A stretch of DNA of 64,000 bases from positions 1,376,001 to 1,440,000 of the forward strand of contig CAVUDP010000001.1 of assembly GCA_963740315.1 (NCBI GenBank). Reading direction: 5' to 3'. Source of the DNA: an uncultured cyanobacterium. Lineage in GTDB: Bacteria; Cyanobacteriota; Cyanobacteriia; Cyanobacteriales; Nostocaceae. The notes under the pieces were generated by a model. It made no database searches. It was not told the origin of the DNA and saw only the letters and a list, made by a program, of their open reading frames with translations. The first letter of the stretch is position 1, and every line of letters starts with the position of its first letter. The position numbers and the translations under genes are program-made. Positions 10,017-20,379 of this stretch are shown in pieces.

Positions 10017-11654
10017 ATGGATTGGAGTAACGTACTGCGAAGTTTACAATCTGACTTTATCAGGCGCTTGGCTGATGGTTGTTTGCTGCATTGTCAAAGT
10101 GTTGGTCAATATAGTGAGCTAAGTATCATCTCCGGGGAGAGGTTAAAACAGTTACGCGAGTTTTGCTGGGTGATGGCGGAAAAATACAAGCGTGTTTCTT
10201 CGGTGCGCGATGTTTTTATTAGCTATCTCAAAGGAAAGTTGGGTGAGGAAGTTGTAAAGGAAAGGTTGGCAGATTTTATTACCGAAGTCGATTATGAAAA
10301 ACGCTTCGGCGGTGATGGTAATGTTGATTTTACGTTGACTGCTAATCCTTTAATTGGGATTGAAGTAAAATCGCGTCACGGTTATTTTAATAAGGTACGA
10401 TGGTCTGTTTCTGTTGACGAAGTTCAAAAAAATGCGGTTATTGTTTGCGTTTTGATTCAGGAAGAGGTAAATGAAGCGCAATCTGAATATAATATGGTTT
10501 TGGCTGGGTTTTTACCAACTGAAATGATTAAGTTGAGAACTGGTAAAATCTCTTTTGGTATTGAGCAGTTATTTTATGCTGGTGGGTTACGCTCTTATTT
10601 AGAACAGTTACAGGCTTCGACAAGTTATATTTCTCCTCAGCAGCAATTATTTAATAAAGCGATAAATCAGAATTTTATTACTCAAGTAAAAATTGAAGAG
10701 AATTCAAATCAACTTTACGTTAAGCAGGGTGATGAATGTTTTAACAAACAACTTTATGATGCTGCGATCGCAAATTATTCTCAAGCCTTACAAATTCATC
10801 AAGGTGATGCTAATACTTACTATAAGCGCGGTAATGTTTTTTACTATTTGAAAGATTATAAAATGGCGATCGCAGATTTTACGGCTGCGATCGAGATTAA
10901 TCCTAATTTTGCCAAAGCTTATATCAAAAGCGGCTTGACTCGATATAAATTAGCCGATTATTACGGAGCAATTGAAGATTATACTCAAGCGATTAGAATT
11001 AATTCCTACGATGCGATCGCTTTTCAAAACCGTGGTGATGTTCGTTCTTTTCTTGGAGATAGTCAAGGTGCAATTGAAGATTATACTCAAGCTAGAAAAA
11101 CCAATCCTCATGTATTAGAAAAAAAATTAGAAAAACAGCAAATTACTTCTAATATTGAGGATACTCATACTCCAACAGATAATAATAACGGTAATTCACA
11201 ACGCGAAAATTACCAACGAGCTATTGAAGTTTTTACCCAGGTAATCGAAATCAATCCCTCGGATGCAATTGGTTACAAAAAGCGCGGTAATGCACGTTTT
11301 GATTTGGGAGATTATAGAAGAGCAATTGAAGATTTTACCTCTTCTATTCAGATAAATCCTTATGATGCGGATGCTTATTTTTATCGGGGAAATGCTTTTT
11401 ACGAGTTGGGAAATAAATCCGAAGCAATTGAAGATTACACCCAAGCAATTAAAATAAATGCCAACGATGCAGATGTTTATATAAATCGCGGTAATGTACG
11501 GGATGAATTAGGAGATACCCAAGGTGCGATCGCTGATTTTCAGGTAGCAGCAGATTTATATCAAAAAGCCGGTAAAGTGCAAGAACATAAGGATACTAGA
11601 GAAAAGATTTTAGATTTGGAAATTGAAGAATCTTTAGATGTGTTGGATTTTTAA
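10017..11654 (+). CDS. TPR protein with N-terminal PD-(D/E)XK-like domain
   Basis: GKLGEEVV...GNVDF...IEVKSR followed by about eight repeats of the AYxNRG...AIEDYTQAI type. Confidence 0.8.
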   Translation: MDWSNVLRSLQSDFIRRLADGCLLHCQSVGQYSELSIISGERLKQLREFCWVMAEKYKRVSSVRDVFISYLKGKLGEEVVKERLADFITEVDYEKRFGGDGNVDFTLTANPLIGIEVKSRHGYFNKVRWSVSVDEVQKNAVIVCVLIQEEVNEAQSEYNMVLAGFLPTEMIKLRTGKISFGIEQLFYAGGLRSYLEQLQASTSYISPQQQLFNKAINQNFITQVKIEENSNQLYVKQGDECFNKQLYDAAIANYSQALQIHQGDANTYYKRGNVFYYLKDYKMAIADFTAAIEINPNFAKAYIKSGLTRYKLADYYGAIEDYTQAIRINSYDAIAFQNRGDVRSFLGDSQGAIEDYTQARKTNPHVLEKKLEKQQITSNIEDTHTPTDNNNGNSQRENYQRAIEVFTQVIEINPSDAIGYKKRGNARFDLGDYRRAIEDFTSSIQINPYDADAYFYRGNAFYELGNKSEAIEDYTQAIKINANDADVYINRGNVRDELGDTQGAIADFQVAADLYQKAGKVQEHKDTREKILDLEIEESLDVLDF

Positions 11655-11710
11655 CAATTATCAATTATCAATTATCAATTATCAATTATTAGTTAAGAGA
11701 GAATAGTCTT

Positions 11711-11774
11711 GTAGGGTGTGTGACGCTTCAATAAATTTTGTTGGTAATTTAATCGCTTTTTGCGTCACGCACCA
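11711..11774. repeat. GTAG-type REP, copy 2
   Basis: Same arms as 9156-9220. CAATTAT heptamer tract at 11656-11690. Confidence 0.7.
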
Positions 11775-11881
11775 TCGGTAAATTGTGAAAATAATGACGC
11801 TATTGCACGATGCACCGTTAAGGTAAATCCTAAGTTTTTAATAATAAATATTGAGGTGATACTTTATTCTTTAACTTCAAA

Positions 11882-12283
11882 CTAATTATTAGGGAAAAAT
11901 AAAGCAGGTGAAAGATGGAACAATTCTGCACTCCTTTGGATATGTTCAGTCGTCATTTTTCGTTTACCTTTGAGTACATCAGAAACAATAGACTCAGTTT
12001 TGAAAATAGGAATTAAATCTTTTTGCTTCAAACCTAATTCCACCATTAAAGCTTTGATAAGCTCTATTCCATAAATATCTGGAACTAAATCTTCTTTTTC
12101 TTCGTATTCTTCAATTAATATCCCTAATAAATGTAAATAGTCTTCTTCATCTTCTGTTAGTTCTCTTTTATCAAGTAAATTACCAACAATTTCTTGAATT
12201 TTTTCTAAATCTTCTTCAGTTTTTATCGGACGTGGAGGAAAAGAAATAAGTAACTCTGTGTAGTTATTTTGATAATATGACAT
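11882..12283 (-). CDS. higA: HigA-family XRE helix-turn-helix antitoxin (orphan)
   Basis: PPRPIKTEE, LGILIEEYE, LKQKDL..IFKTESIVSDVLKGKRK. Confidence 0.8.
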   Translation of the reverse strand: MSYYQNNYTELLISFPPRPIKTEEDLEKIQEIVGNLLDKRELTEDEEDYLHLLGILIEEYEEKEDLVPDIYGIELIKALMVELGLKQKDLIPIFKTESIVSDVLKGKRKMTTEHIQRSAELFHLSPALFFPNN

Positions 12284-12337
12284 TTCCGCAAAATTCCCAA
12301 AAAAAAATAGGAGCTAGATAACTCCTAACTCCCGGAT

Positions 12338-12362
12338 AGACGTAGCAGTGCTACGTCTCTAC
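12338..12362. repeat. 25-bp REP-like palindrome AGACGTAGCAGTGCTACGTCTCTAC
   Basis: Identical copies at 47423-47447 and 61663-61687. Variants at 2372 and 2503-2527. Confidence 0.85.
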
Positions 12363-12363
12363 A

Positions 12364-13353
12364 TTAATAACCGCCTTCTTCTTCGTATTCTGGCTGTTTT
12401 TCTTTGACTTTTTTAGGAATAACAATTGGCTGTGGTGCTTCTTCGTCTTCCCAAGCGTCTTTTTCTAAGTCGTCGTCGTAGGTTTCGTAGTCTTCTGTAT
12501 ATGCTTTAGTTGGGAAGGGTTGGACTGGTGGTGGTGTTTGATACCTGTCTTTACCTGTAGCTTCGCTCCAGTTGTCGGCTTCGTCTTCTTCGTAGCGGAT
12601 GCTTTCTTCTTCGTAAGGACGTGCTTCCATGACGCGACGACGTGGGGCTTCTTCGTAAGCGTCGTCTTCTGTCCAAACTTCTTCTGCTACGGGTTCTGGG
12701 CGGCGTATTCTAACTTGCGGTGCTTCTAAGGGTACTCCCGATGGGAGCTGATTTTCTGGTGCTACGGTGCGCGGAGTAATGTTGTAACCATCTTCTTCAC
12801 GTTCCCAAGGTGCTTTTCCAATACCCAAACGTTCTAGTACACCAACGCTTAATTGAGTTACTCGTTCTTCTGCTCCTTCAAATACTATCAGTCTATTGGG
12901 ACCGACGCTGACTACTTCGTCCATTGATAGTTCGTAGGTGCTGAGAATTTGGTCGGGTATTTGTGGTAATCCTAAAGAAGCAATGACTATGGAAGAAATC
13001 CTACCGCCGATGCCGTCAAATTTGAAGCCGCGTACTCTTCCAAGTACTTCTCCGGCTTCTGTAATTACTTCCCAGTTGACTAAATTGCTGTAAAGTTGGG
13101 TGTCGATGTCTTCAATTACATCTTCGTTATTAACCAAAATTACGTCGCCAATTTGGTCAATGCTGCTTAAATACATATAGCGGGGTATTCCAGAAACGGA
13201 GATCAGGCTATCTCGTAAACCAAGTGCCACAACCTCTCGTCTATCAATATCAACCCACAGTTGATTGACAATGCCGAGCCTTCTCCCGTTGTCGCGGGTG
13301 ATGACTTGGCTGTTTAAAATGTCCGAGCGTCTTATAATTTGTTCAGAGGTCAT
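12364..13353 (-). CDS. PRC-barrel domain protein with acidic tail
   Basis: Two PRC barrels (VITRDNGRRLG; VITEAGEVLGRV). This is the usual cyanobacterial neighbour of smc. Confidence 0.85.
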   Translation of the reverse strand: MTSEQIIRRSDILNSQVITRDNGRRLGIVNQLWVDIDRREVVALGLRDSLISVSGIPRYMYLSSIDQIGDVILVNNEDVIEDIDTQLYSNLVNWEVITEAGEVLGRVRGFKFDGIGGRISSIVIASLGLPQIPDQILSTYELSMDEVVSVGPNRLIVFEGAEERVTQLSVGVLERLGIGKAPWEREEDGYNITPRTVAPENQLPSGVPLEAPQVRIRRPEPVAEEVWTEDDAYEEAPRRRVMEARPYEEESIRYEEDEADNWSEATGKDRYQTPPPVQPFPTKAYTEDYETYDDDLEKDAWEDEEAPQPIVIPKKVKEKQPEYEEEGGY

Positions 13354-13411
13354 TATATACCGAGTCCCGATCTCGAATCCGGTTTATCTATACACTATTA
13401 TTAACAGATAC

Positions 13412-16400
13412 TCAAGCAGAAGTATTGTCGGTTTTTAACTTAATCCCTAAAACTTGTGTATAAGCTCCACGGGCTTGAGTAACTCCGATTGTACGTTCGG
13501 CTGATTCTATCATTGGACGGCGCAAGCTTACAACTATAAATTGTGCTTGTTGAGCCTGTTGCTTAATCATTTTAGCTAATCGTTCTACGTTTGCCCCGTC
13601 TAAAAACATATCTACTTCATCAAATGCGTAAAATGGCGATGGGCGATACCTTTGTAGGGCAAAAATAAAGCTTAATGCTGTTAATGATTTTTCTCCCCCT
13701 GACATGGATGCTAATCGTTGTACTGGTTTTCCTTTGGGGTGCGCGACTAAGTTTAAGCCGCTGCTAAACGGATCTTCATGATTATCTAATTGTAAGTAAC
13801 CATCGCCGTCGGAAAGGGTGGCGAAAATTGATTGAAAGTTTTCGTTTACTGCGTCAAAGGCTTGTTTAAATGCTCTTTGTCGTAAAGTGGTAAAGTTTTC
13901 AATTCTTAATAATAATTCAGTTCGTTCTGCTTCTAATGTTTCTAGTTTATCGGTAAGTTCTTCTAAACGTTGCTGGGTGCGATCGTATTGTTCCAAAGCC
14001 AACATATTAACGGGTTCCATCGCTTGTAGCCGTTTGGAAAGAGATTTTAATTCTTTTTGTAGTTCTTCTAAATCTACTTTTTCGGGTACTTCTGGTAGAG
14101 GATTCGGCAATTCTCCGGAAATTGTTTGTAATTCTGCTAGCACTCTATCCAATTCTTCGCGGCGGTTTTGTTGGCTTTCTTGCAGCTTTTGCACTTCCCA
14201 TTCCAACTGCTGTTGTCGTAATAATAATTGCCGCAGTTGTGCTTCTACAGCATCGCGTTTTTGTTTTTCTTCGCCTAAATTCGCTTCCATTTCCCGAATA
14301 CGTTTGTGAATTTCGGAAATAGCTGTTGTTAACGCTGCTTCTTGCTCTTTGAGACTGTTAATTTGATTTTGTCGCTCTACTTGCAGAAGCTGATATTCTT
14401 CAACTCTTCGCACTCCTTCAGTAATTTTTTCTTGCAATACCTGCTGTTGAACTTCGACATTTTTTAATTTTTCTTGAGCTTCTCTTAAAGCTGCGTCTTG
14501 TTGCTGCAACAGAACTTCTTGACTTTTTATTGTTGCTTGAATTTGCTGCCATTCGCTTGGTGTTTGCGATTCTTCCAACTCCGCTAATTCATGACGCAGT
14601 TGTTGCAATTGTTGCTCTTGTGTCGGTAATTCCCGCTCTAATATTTCCAAACGAGATTGAGCGGTATTTAATTTTTCTGTATTCTGCGTAAGTTGATGAG
14701 TCGCATCTTCGACTCGCTTATTTAAACTTCCAACTTCTCTTTGTAACTGTTCCACTCGTAACTGCTGTTCTCTTTTACCCTGGCGAGTTTCGGTAAGTTG
14801 AGTAGATAATTCTTTTGTTCTTTCTCCAAGAGTAATAATTGCTTGATTACAGCGTTGTAAAACTCGTTCAATTTCAATCAAACGGTTTCTCAAAGCTTTG
14901 ACTTCTTCAGATTCCGTCGCTTCCACCGTACCAAAACGCAAAGTCGATCGCCCATTAACGCTACCACCAGTCATTGCACCGCTGGTTTCTAACAATTCCC
15001 CTTCTAAAGTAACGATGCGGACTTTCCCTAAATGATTTCTGGCTAAATCAATATTTTCAAAAACAGCAGTATTGCCGAAAACATAAGCAAACACATCATC
15101 AAAACGGGGTTCGCGATCGATTAAATTCACTGCATAATCGACAAAACCATTGGCATATCGTAGATTACCAGATTCATTAATACGCGGCGATCGAATTTTG
15201 TTTAAAGGTAAAAAAGTTGCTCTCCCGGCACGTCTTTGCTTGAGTAATTGAATTCCAGCCGCACCAACGCTGTCATCTTCTACCACAATTTGTCCCAAAC
15301 GTCCACCAGCAGCGATTTCCAAAGCTAGCTGAAAATTAGGCTCTACCCTTCCCAACTCCGCTACCAAACCACAAACGCCAGGTAAACCCGATTGTAAAAT
15401 AATTTTACTTGCATTGGTTCCTTGGGCTTCTTGCTGTGCTTGCGTTTGCGCTTCCAACTTATCAAGAGTTCGCTGTTTATCCCTTTGCTCTTGCAACAAC
15501 CGCTTCTGAGTTTGCTGCTGAATATCTAATTCCTGTTCCGTTGCGGCTAAATTCTCCGCTAAATCTTGAATTGGTGCGACGGTAGAATTAAATCCGGCTT
15601 CAAATTGACTTACCTGACTTTGTTTTTCTGCTAACTGCGGCTCTAAACTTTGAACTAACTCGGTTTGTTCCTGTATTTGTTGCTGTAATTGATTATTTCT
15701 TTCCCGTAACTGCGCTCTCTCGCTGCGTTGGGGTTCCAAAGTTTGCAGCACAGTTTCGATTTGACGGTTTAAATTAGTTTGTTGTACCACCCAAGCTTCC
15801 GAAGCAGAAGCAATTTCCGCAGCAGTTTCGCGAGATTTATCTAAATTTTCGCGCATTGATTGCCGCTGTTGTTGTAAAGAAGCAGCAGACAGCGTTTCCG
15901 CATCCTTTTGTTGAGCAAATTCTGTTAGAGAACCTTGATATTGCCCGATTTCCTGCTGAGTTTGGGTTATTTTTGCGCCAGTTTCCGCAATTACCGTCTG
16001 TAATTCCCTTTGACGACGCTGTGTTTGCTTACATTCCGCATCTTGAGTCGCTAAATTCGACTGTACAGCTAAAAGTTCTTCCTCACCCAAAGCCTTTACA
16101 CGAGCATTTAATTCCTCAAGCTCCTTTTGCTTAGCTTGAATATCGGCATTCACCACACCCAACTGCTGAGTGTTTTCTGTGAATTGGCGATCGCCATCTT
16201 GAATTTGCTTCGATAATCTTTCTTGATGCCCCTGCAAAGTGCGCCATGACAGCACAACTTCCCACTTCTGCTTTTCGAGAAAATCGATTCGCAATCTTTG
16301 GTATTTTTCCGCCTTCGCTTTATCTTGAGAAAGCCTTTCGCACTGCGCGGTTAACTCCGTCTCAATAATCCGACAGCTATCAACATTATCTTTAACTTCT

Positions 16401-17131
16401 TCTAAAGTCTTCTTAGCTTGATTAATTTTGCGATCGAAAGTTGCAACCCCAGCCAACTCATCAACAATTTCTCGTCTTTCACGAGCTTTCATTGAAATAA
16501 TATCGGTAACGTCACCTTGCAGAACAACGTTATATCCTTCCGGGTTTATACGGATAGTACTTAACTCTTCTTGTAGCTCAGTTAAGTTACAGGCAATTCC
16601 GTTAATGTAATAACTTGATGAATAAGTTCCTTGCTTAGTCACCCTTAACCTACGGGTAACGCTCCATTCTTCACCCGGTTTAGCGCGGATTTGTTCGCGA
16701 CGATTTTTAATTTCCTCGTCTTCGTCTTCGTCTTCGTCTTTCTCTTCTTCCTCTTCTTCCTGGGTTTCTTCTGCTTCCTCTTCTACAGATTCCTCAATGG
16801 TGGTTTCATCTACCTCATCAACCACAACAGAAATCGGCTCATCATTATCATCGGAATTATAATCCGACAAATCAAAAGTCACCGTCACGCTAGCTTCCAC
16901 AGTCGCACGCGCCTTCGTTACCTGATTGGTATTTACCAAATCGGGGAGTCTGTCAGCACGCATACCCTTAGAGCTAGAAAGCCCCAAACAAAACAGCAGC
17001 GCATCAAGAATATTCGACTTACCCGAACCGTTAGGACCAGAAATCACCGTAAACTCCGGCAGTAACGGTACGGAAGTAGTACCACCGAAAGACTTGAAAT
17101 TGGTGAGTTCCACGCGCTTTATATGAACCAT
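13412..17131 (-). CDS. smc: Chromosome segregation protein SMC
   Basis: GPNGSGKSN, long coiled coils, hinge GRATFLPL, signature SGGEKS, Walker B DEVD. Confidence 0.98.
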   Translation of the reverse strand: MVHIKRVELTNFKSFGGTTSVPLLPEFTVISGPNGSGKSNILDALLFCLGLSSSKGMRADRLPDLVNTNQVTKARATVEASVTVTFDLSDYNSDDNDEPISVVVDEVDETTIEESVEEEAEETQEEEEEEKDEDEDEDEEIKNRREQIRAKPGEEWSVTRRLRVTKQGTYSSSYYINGIACNLTELQEELSTIRINPEGYNVVLQGDVTDIISMKARERREIVDELAGVATFDRKINQAKKTLEEVKDNVDSCRIIETELTAQCERLSQDKAKAEKYQRLRIDFLEKQKWEVVLSWRTLQGHQERLSKQIQDGDRQFTENTQQLGVVNADIQAKQKELEELNARVKALGEEELLAVQSNLATQDAECKQTQRRQRELQTVIAETGAKITQTQQEIGQYQGSLTEFAQQKDAETLSAASLQQQRQSMRENLDKSRETAAEIASASEAWVVQQTNLNRQIETVLQTLEPQRSERAQLRERNNQLQQQIQEQTELVQSLEPQLAEKQSQVSQFEAGFNSTVAPIQDLAENLAATEQELDIQQQTQKRLLQEQRDKQRTLDKLEAQTQAQQEAQGTNASKIILQSGLPGVCGLVAELGRVEPNFQLALEIAAGGRLGQIVVEDDSVGAAGIQLLKQRRAGRATFLPLNKIRSPRINESGNLRYANGFVDYAVNLIDREPRFDDVFAYVFGNTAVFENIDLARNHLGKVRIVTLEGELLETSGAMTGGSVNGRSTLRFGTVEATESEEVKALRNRLIEIERVLQRCNQAIITLGERTKELSTQLTETRQGKREQQLRVEQLQREVGSLNKRVEDATHQLTQNTEKLNTAQSRLEILERELPTQEQQLQQLRHELAELEESQTPSEWQQIQATIKSQEVLLQQQDAALREAQEKLKNVEVQQQVLQEKITEGVRRVEEYQLLQVERQNQINSLKEQEAALTTAISEIHKRIREMEANLGEEKQKRDAVEAQLRQLLLRQQQLEWEVQKLQESQQNRREELDRVLAELQTISGELPNPLPEVPEKVDLEELQKELKSLSKRLQAMEPVNMLALEQYDRTQQRLEELTDKLETLEAERTELLLRIENFTTLRQRAFKQAFDAVNENFQSIFATLSDGDGYLQLDNHEDPFSSGLNLVAHPKGKPVQRLASMSGGEKSLTALSFIFALQRYRPSPFYAFDEVDMFLDGANVERLAKMIKQQAQQAQFIVVSLRRPMIESAERTIGVTQARGAYTQVLGIKLKTDNTSA

Positions 17132-17513
17132 AGGCGCAGGTTAATACAGGGGTTTAACGTTCAAGTGTACCAGTGAAAGACCCATTAGAGTTAAGGAATT
17201 TTAAATTATTGAAACACCCAATATATAGGAAGTTGATACCGACTTTAATAAAGATATTGTAGCGACACCCAGAATATACGTAATTAATTGTGTATCTTTA
17301 AATCAGTTGGCAGCGAACATGATGAAGATTGATGTCGAAGCTCGGTTGAATAATTCGCTTTACGATCGCAAAATAATTCGCGTAACAATCTTATTGAAAT
17401 TGGATCTATCAACGCTCAGAATCGATATCAACAAGCCGCTCAAGGAGTGAGTTGGTTTTTTCCGTTTCTGAAATAAGTCGATCTAATCGGTCTTTAATAT
17501 CAAAGATAGCTAA

Positions 17514-18425
17514 GAGGATGTTTTAAAAGTGGGGGGCTGTTGTAAGAAAGCTCACAAGGCTTAAGCTGAAATTGAAGACATCAGCACCTTGCGAGCAATG
17601 ACTAAAACATATCCTAACAATTTGACGTGGGAGCAGTGGGAATTAATTGCCGATCTATTCCCTGAGACAAAACTAAGTGGACGACCGAGAAAAGTATCCA
17701 TTTATGCAGTTTTAAATGCAATTATGTACGTACTTTGCCAAGGATGTACATGGCGAGCATTGCCCGCAGATTTTCCAGCTTGGCAAACAGTTTATGGGTA
17801 TTTTCGCAGATGGCAGAAAGATGGTACATGGCTTACGGTACATGACAAACTCTACCAATGGGTTAGGGTTGCGGCAGACCGTCAACCAAATCCTTCGGAG
17901 GCTGCTGTTGACAGTCAATCAGTAGAAACAGCAACTATGATATCTCAGGAAGTTGGTTATGACGCTGGTAAAAAGATACATGGACGTAAACGACATCTAA
18001 CTGTAGATTTACTGGGGCTTGTCTTACGAGTTTTGGTAACATCCGCTTCAATTCCAGAGCGTCAAGGAGCTAAGAAAGTCCTCAAGCAAGTTCATGATAT
18101 GGGGAGCGATCGCGTAAATCGATTACATACGATTTGGATGGATGGGGGATATCGGGGAGATGATTTTATGCATTGGGTAATGGATATGTTTCGGTGGATT
18201 GTGGAAATTGTGCTTAGATCGTTAGAGAAGAAGGGTTTTGTCCATTTACCTAAGCGTTGGGTTGTAGAGCGAACTTTTGGTTGGCTTAATTGGTGTCGGC
18301 GTTTAAGTAAAGATTACGAACGGCTACCAGAAACCTCGGAGACTTTTATCTATATTGCGATGATACGTATCATGGTTCGACGACTCGCATGATTTTTAAC
18401 TTGCTTCGACTTTTAAAACATCCTC
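17514..18425 (+). mobile_element. Complete IS5-family insertion sequence (IS1031-like group), 912 bp
   Basis: Perfect 17-bp TIRs GAGGATGTTTTAAAAGT. TAA direct repeat on both sides (17511-17513, 18426-18428). Confidence 0.93.
17598..18392 (+). CDS. IS5 family DDE transposase
   Basis: YPNNLTWEQW, WRALPADFP, VDSQSV, GRKRH, DGGY, RWVVERTFGWL..RRLSKDYE. Confidence 0.95.
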   Translation: MTKTYPNNLTWEQWELIADLFPETKLSGRPRKVSIYAVLNAIMYVLCQGCTWRALPADFPAWQTVYGYFRRWQKDGTWLTVHDKLYQWVRVAADRQPNPSEAAVDSQSVETATMISQEVGYDAGKKIHGRKRHLTVDLLGLVLRVLVTSASIPERQGAKKVLKQVHDMGSDRVNRLHTIWMDGGYRGDDFMHWVMDMFRWIVEIVLRSLEKKGFVHLPKRWVVERTFGWLNWCRRLSKDYERLPETSETFIYIAMIRIMVRRLA

Positions 18426-18540
18426 TAAGGGTACAAAGAGCCATACCGCTCCCAATATGGTTCCCACTATCACTAAAACTAATCCTACTAATGCTTGCAT
18501 ATAATTAGTATAAGTACTTAGGCAAAATTAATTGTGCATT

Positions 18541-18673
18541 TGTCATTGCGAGTGGAACGAAGTGAAACGAAGTGAAACGAAGCATTCACCCGTAGGGTGC
18601 GGTTCATCGCAAGACCTTGAGAAAGATCCGCTGTCGCATGTCCTATCGGACACGCTGCGCTAACGCAATGACA
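18541..18673. repeat. Dispersed palindromic repeat (TGTCATTGCG...CGCAATGACA)
   Basis: Inverted 10-bp ends and an internal tandem GAAGTGAAAC. Confidence 0.6.
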
Positions 18674-19016
18674 CAAATAATGAAGGCACACCCACTTATG
18701 TGTGAGATTAGAACTACTTAATAGCAACTTTAAAATCAGTTTAAATCAATATAGCACCATTTAAATTTGTACCGTTAACTCCCGCGATCGCGATTATGAA
18801 AGCATCACTTTCGCCAAAATTTCTGTAATTCAAAACTTTTCCTTACGTCTCATCCTTTGGATAAACCGCTTAATTCCCTGAAATTACGATTGCTTTCTAA
18901 AATCAAAAGGCGATCGCATAATTAACCGGCGTTGGCGGACGTTTTACATTTATTCACGATAATTTACAAGAACATTTCGCTCGGATGTGAAATCAAATTC
19001 ACCTAGTTACTAAAAG

Positions 19017-19098
19017 ACCTCACCCTCGCTTTACCTGCGGTAAATCTTTCCCTCTCCTTACTAAGGAAAGGGATGTCCGGCTCTGACAGGGTGAGGTT
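19017..19098. repeat. Small dispersed repeat (ACCTCACCCT...AGGGTGAGGT)
   Basis: Inverted ends enclosing internal hairpins, like cyanobacterial small dispersed repeats. Confidence 0.55.
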
Positions 19099-19474
19099 TC
19101 TTCAAGAAATACTAAAATATAATTTCCAGTCCAGATTGTGTACATCTTTATCATTAAATAAGGTGCGTTACGCTACGCGGTAACACACCCTACAGTTGAA
19201 TTCCAAGTAAACGATCGCACAATTTAATTTCAAATACTTATTACTTTAGTCATAAATCCGAATTAATTAATATAACACCCCTGCGATATACAATTATTTA
19301 TTTGTAAAATATAAATAGGTCAAAGTAGATTAATTTCAAAAGACCTATATCTTGCATTATTTTGGAAAAATGATTTTATATTTCAATTTATTTTGCTAGT
19401 AAGACTACCGCGAGCAGAAAATGCAAGATATCAAAAGACAATTTCCCAACAAGTTATCAACAACAGGTGTAAAG

Positions 19475-19864
19475 ATGAATAAATTTTTAAAACGTGCATT
19501 ATTACCCCTATTATTAGCAACAGGTATATTTAGCGCCACTTTTATACCAGCAAAACCCGCTGCTGCTAACGACAAATTACTAGAAGATGTAGGAATTGGC
19601 GCTGCTGCTGGTGCAATTACCGGAATTATTACCAACAACGATTCAGTTCTCACCAACGCTGTAAATGGTGCTGCTGCGGGTGCGACTGTTAATGCTGGTA
19701 ATAGCGGTAGAAACAAAAGAAATCGTAACCTGATTCAAGATATCGGACTCGGTGCGGCAGGTGGTACCGTAGCAGGCGAAATTACCAACCGTCGAGGCAC
19801 TGTAAGTAACACTATTAACGGTGCTGCTGCTGGTGCGGCAATTCATATTATTAAAGGCAAGTAA
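19475..19864 (+). CDS. Secreted glycine-zipper protein
   Basis: Signal peptide MNKFLKRALLPLLLATG...PAAA, then a duplicated GIGAAAG..TG..TN...NGAAAGA module. Confidence 0.75.
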   Translation: MNKFLKRALLPLLLATGIFSATFIPAKPAAANDKLLEDVGIGAAAGAITGIITNNDSVLTNAVNGAAAGATVNAGNSGRNKRNRNLIQDIGLGAAGGTVAGEITNRRGTVSNTINGAAAGAAIHIIKGK

Positions 19865-20100
19865 ATCAGTTAACAGTGAGCAGTTATCAGTTACCAGTGA
19901 AAGGCGATCGGCAAGTAATGAAGATTGGAAAAAATAGAGTACGAATAGAAAACAACAAATAATTACAAAACTGGTTGTACTAGTCACTGAAAATTAGTAT
20001 TTGGTAACTGCTCGCCGTAATTCATATCTTGCATCTTACTAATAGTCTGTGCCATTAATTTTGCTGGGTAATAAAGGTTATTTGTAGCGCTGTCTTCGCA

Positions 20101-20334
20101 TCATATTAAGGAATCTCTAGTTTTTTGATTGACTTGAGATGCTGCAAAACCTTCTGACTCTAGCTTACTTTTAACAAGCAAAGCTAATTTATCGGGAGTG
20201 TTATTTGTATCTTTACCGAATATTTTTTCTACTTCGGAAGTTGCTGCAAACTCCTTTTCTTCCGTCCAACCAAGTTGAGCATAAAGTTGGCGGAATGTAG
20301 CATCAAATGCTTGTTCTTCAGGTTTAGACTTTTC
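20101..20334 (-). pseudogene. Start-less coding fragment (77 codons)
   Basis: Open frame EKSKPEEQAFDATFRQLYAQLGW...RDSLI*, bounded upstream by a stop and a HIP1 site. Confidence 0.35.
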
Positions 20335-20379
20335 TTAGCGATCGCAAATCATGTTAAATTGCGACAAATCATAATTTAA

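Noticed and set aside
16691..16860. Acidic low-complexity insert in SMC
   Set aside because: A variable head-domain loop with simple codon repeats; the frame is intact and there are no mobile-element ends.
18518..18727. 69-aa ORF
   Set aside because: Spans a palindromic dispersed repeat.
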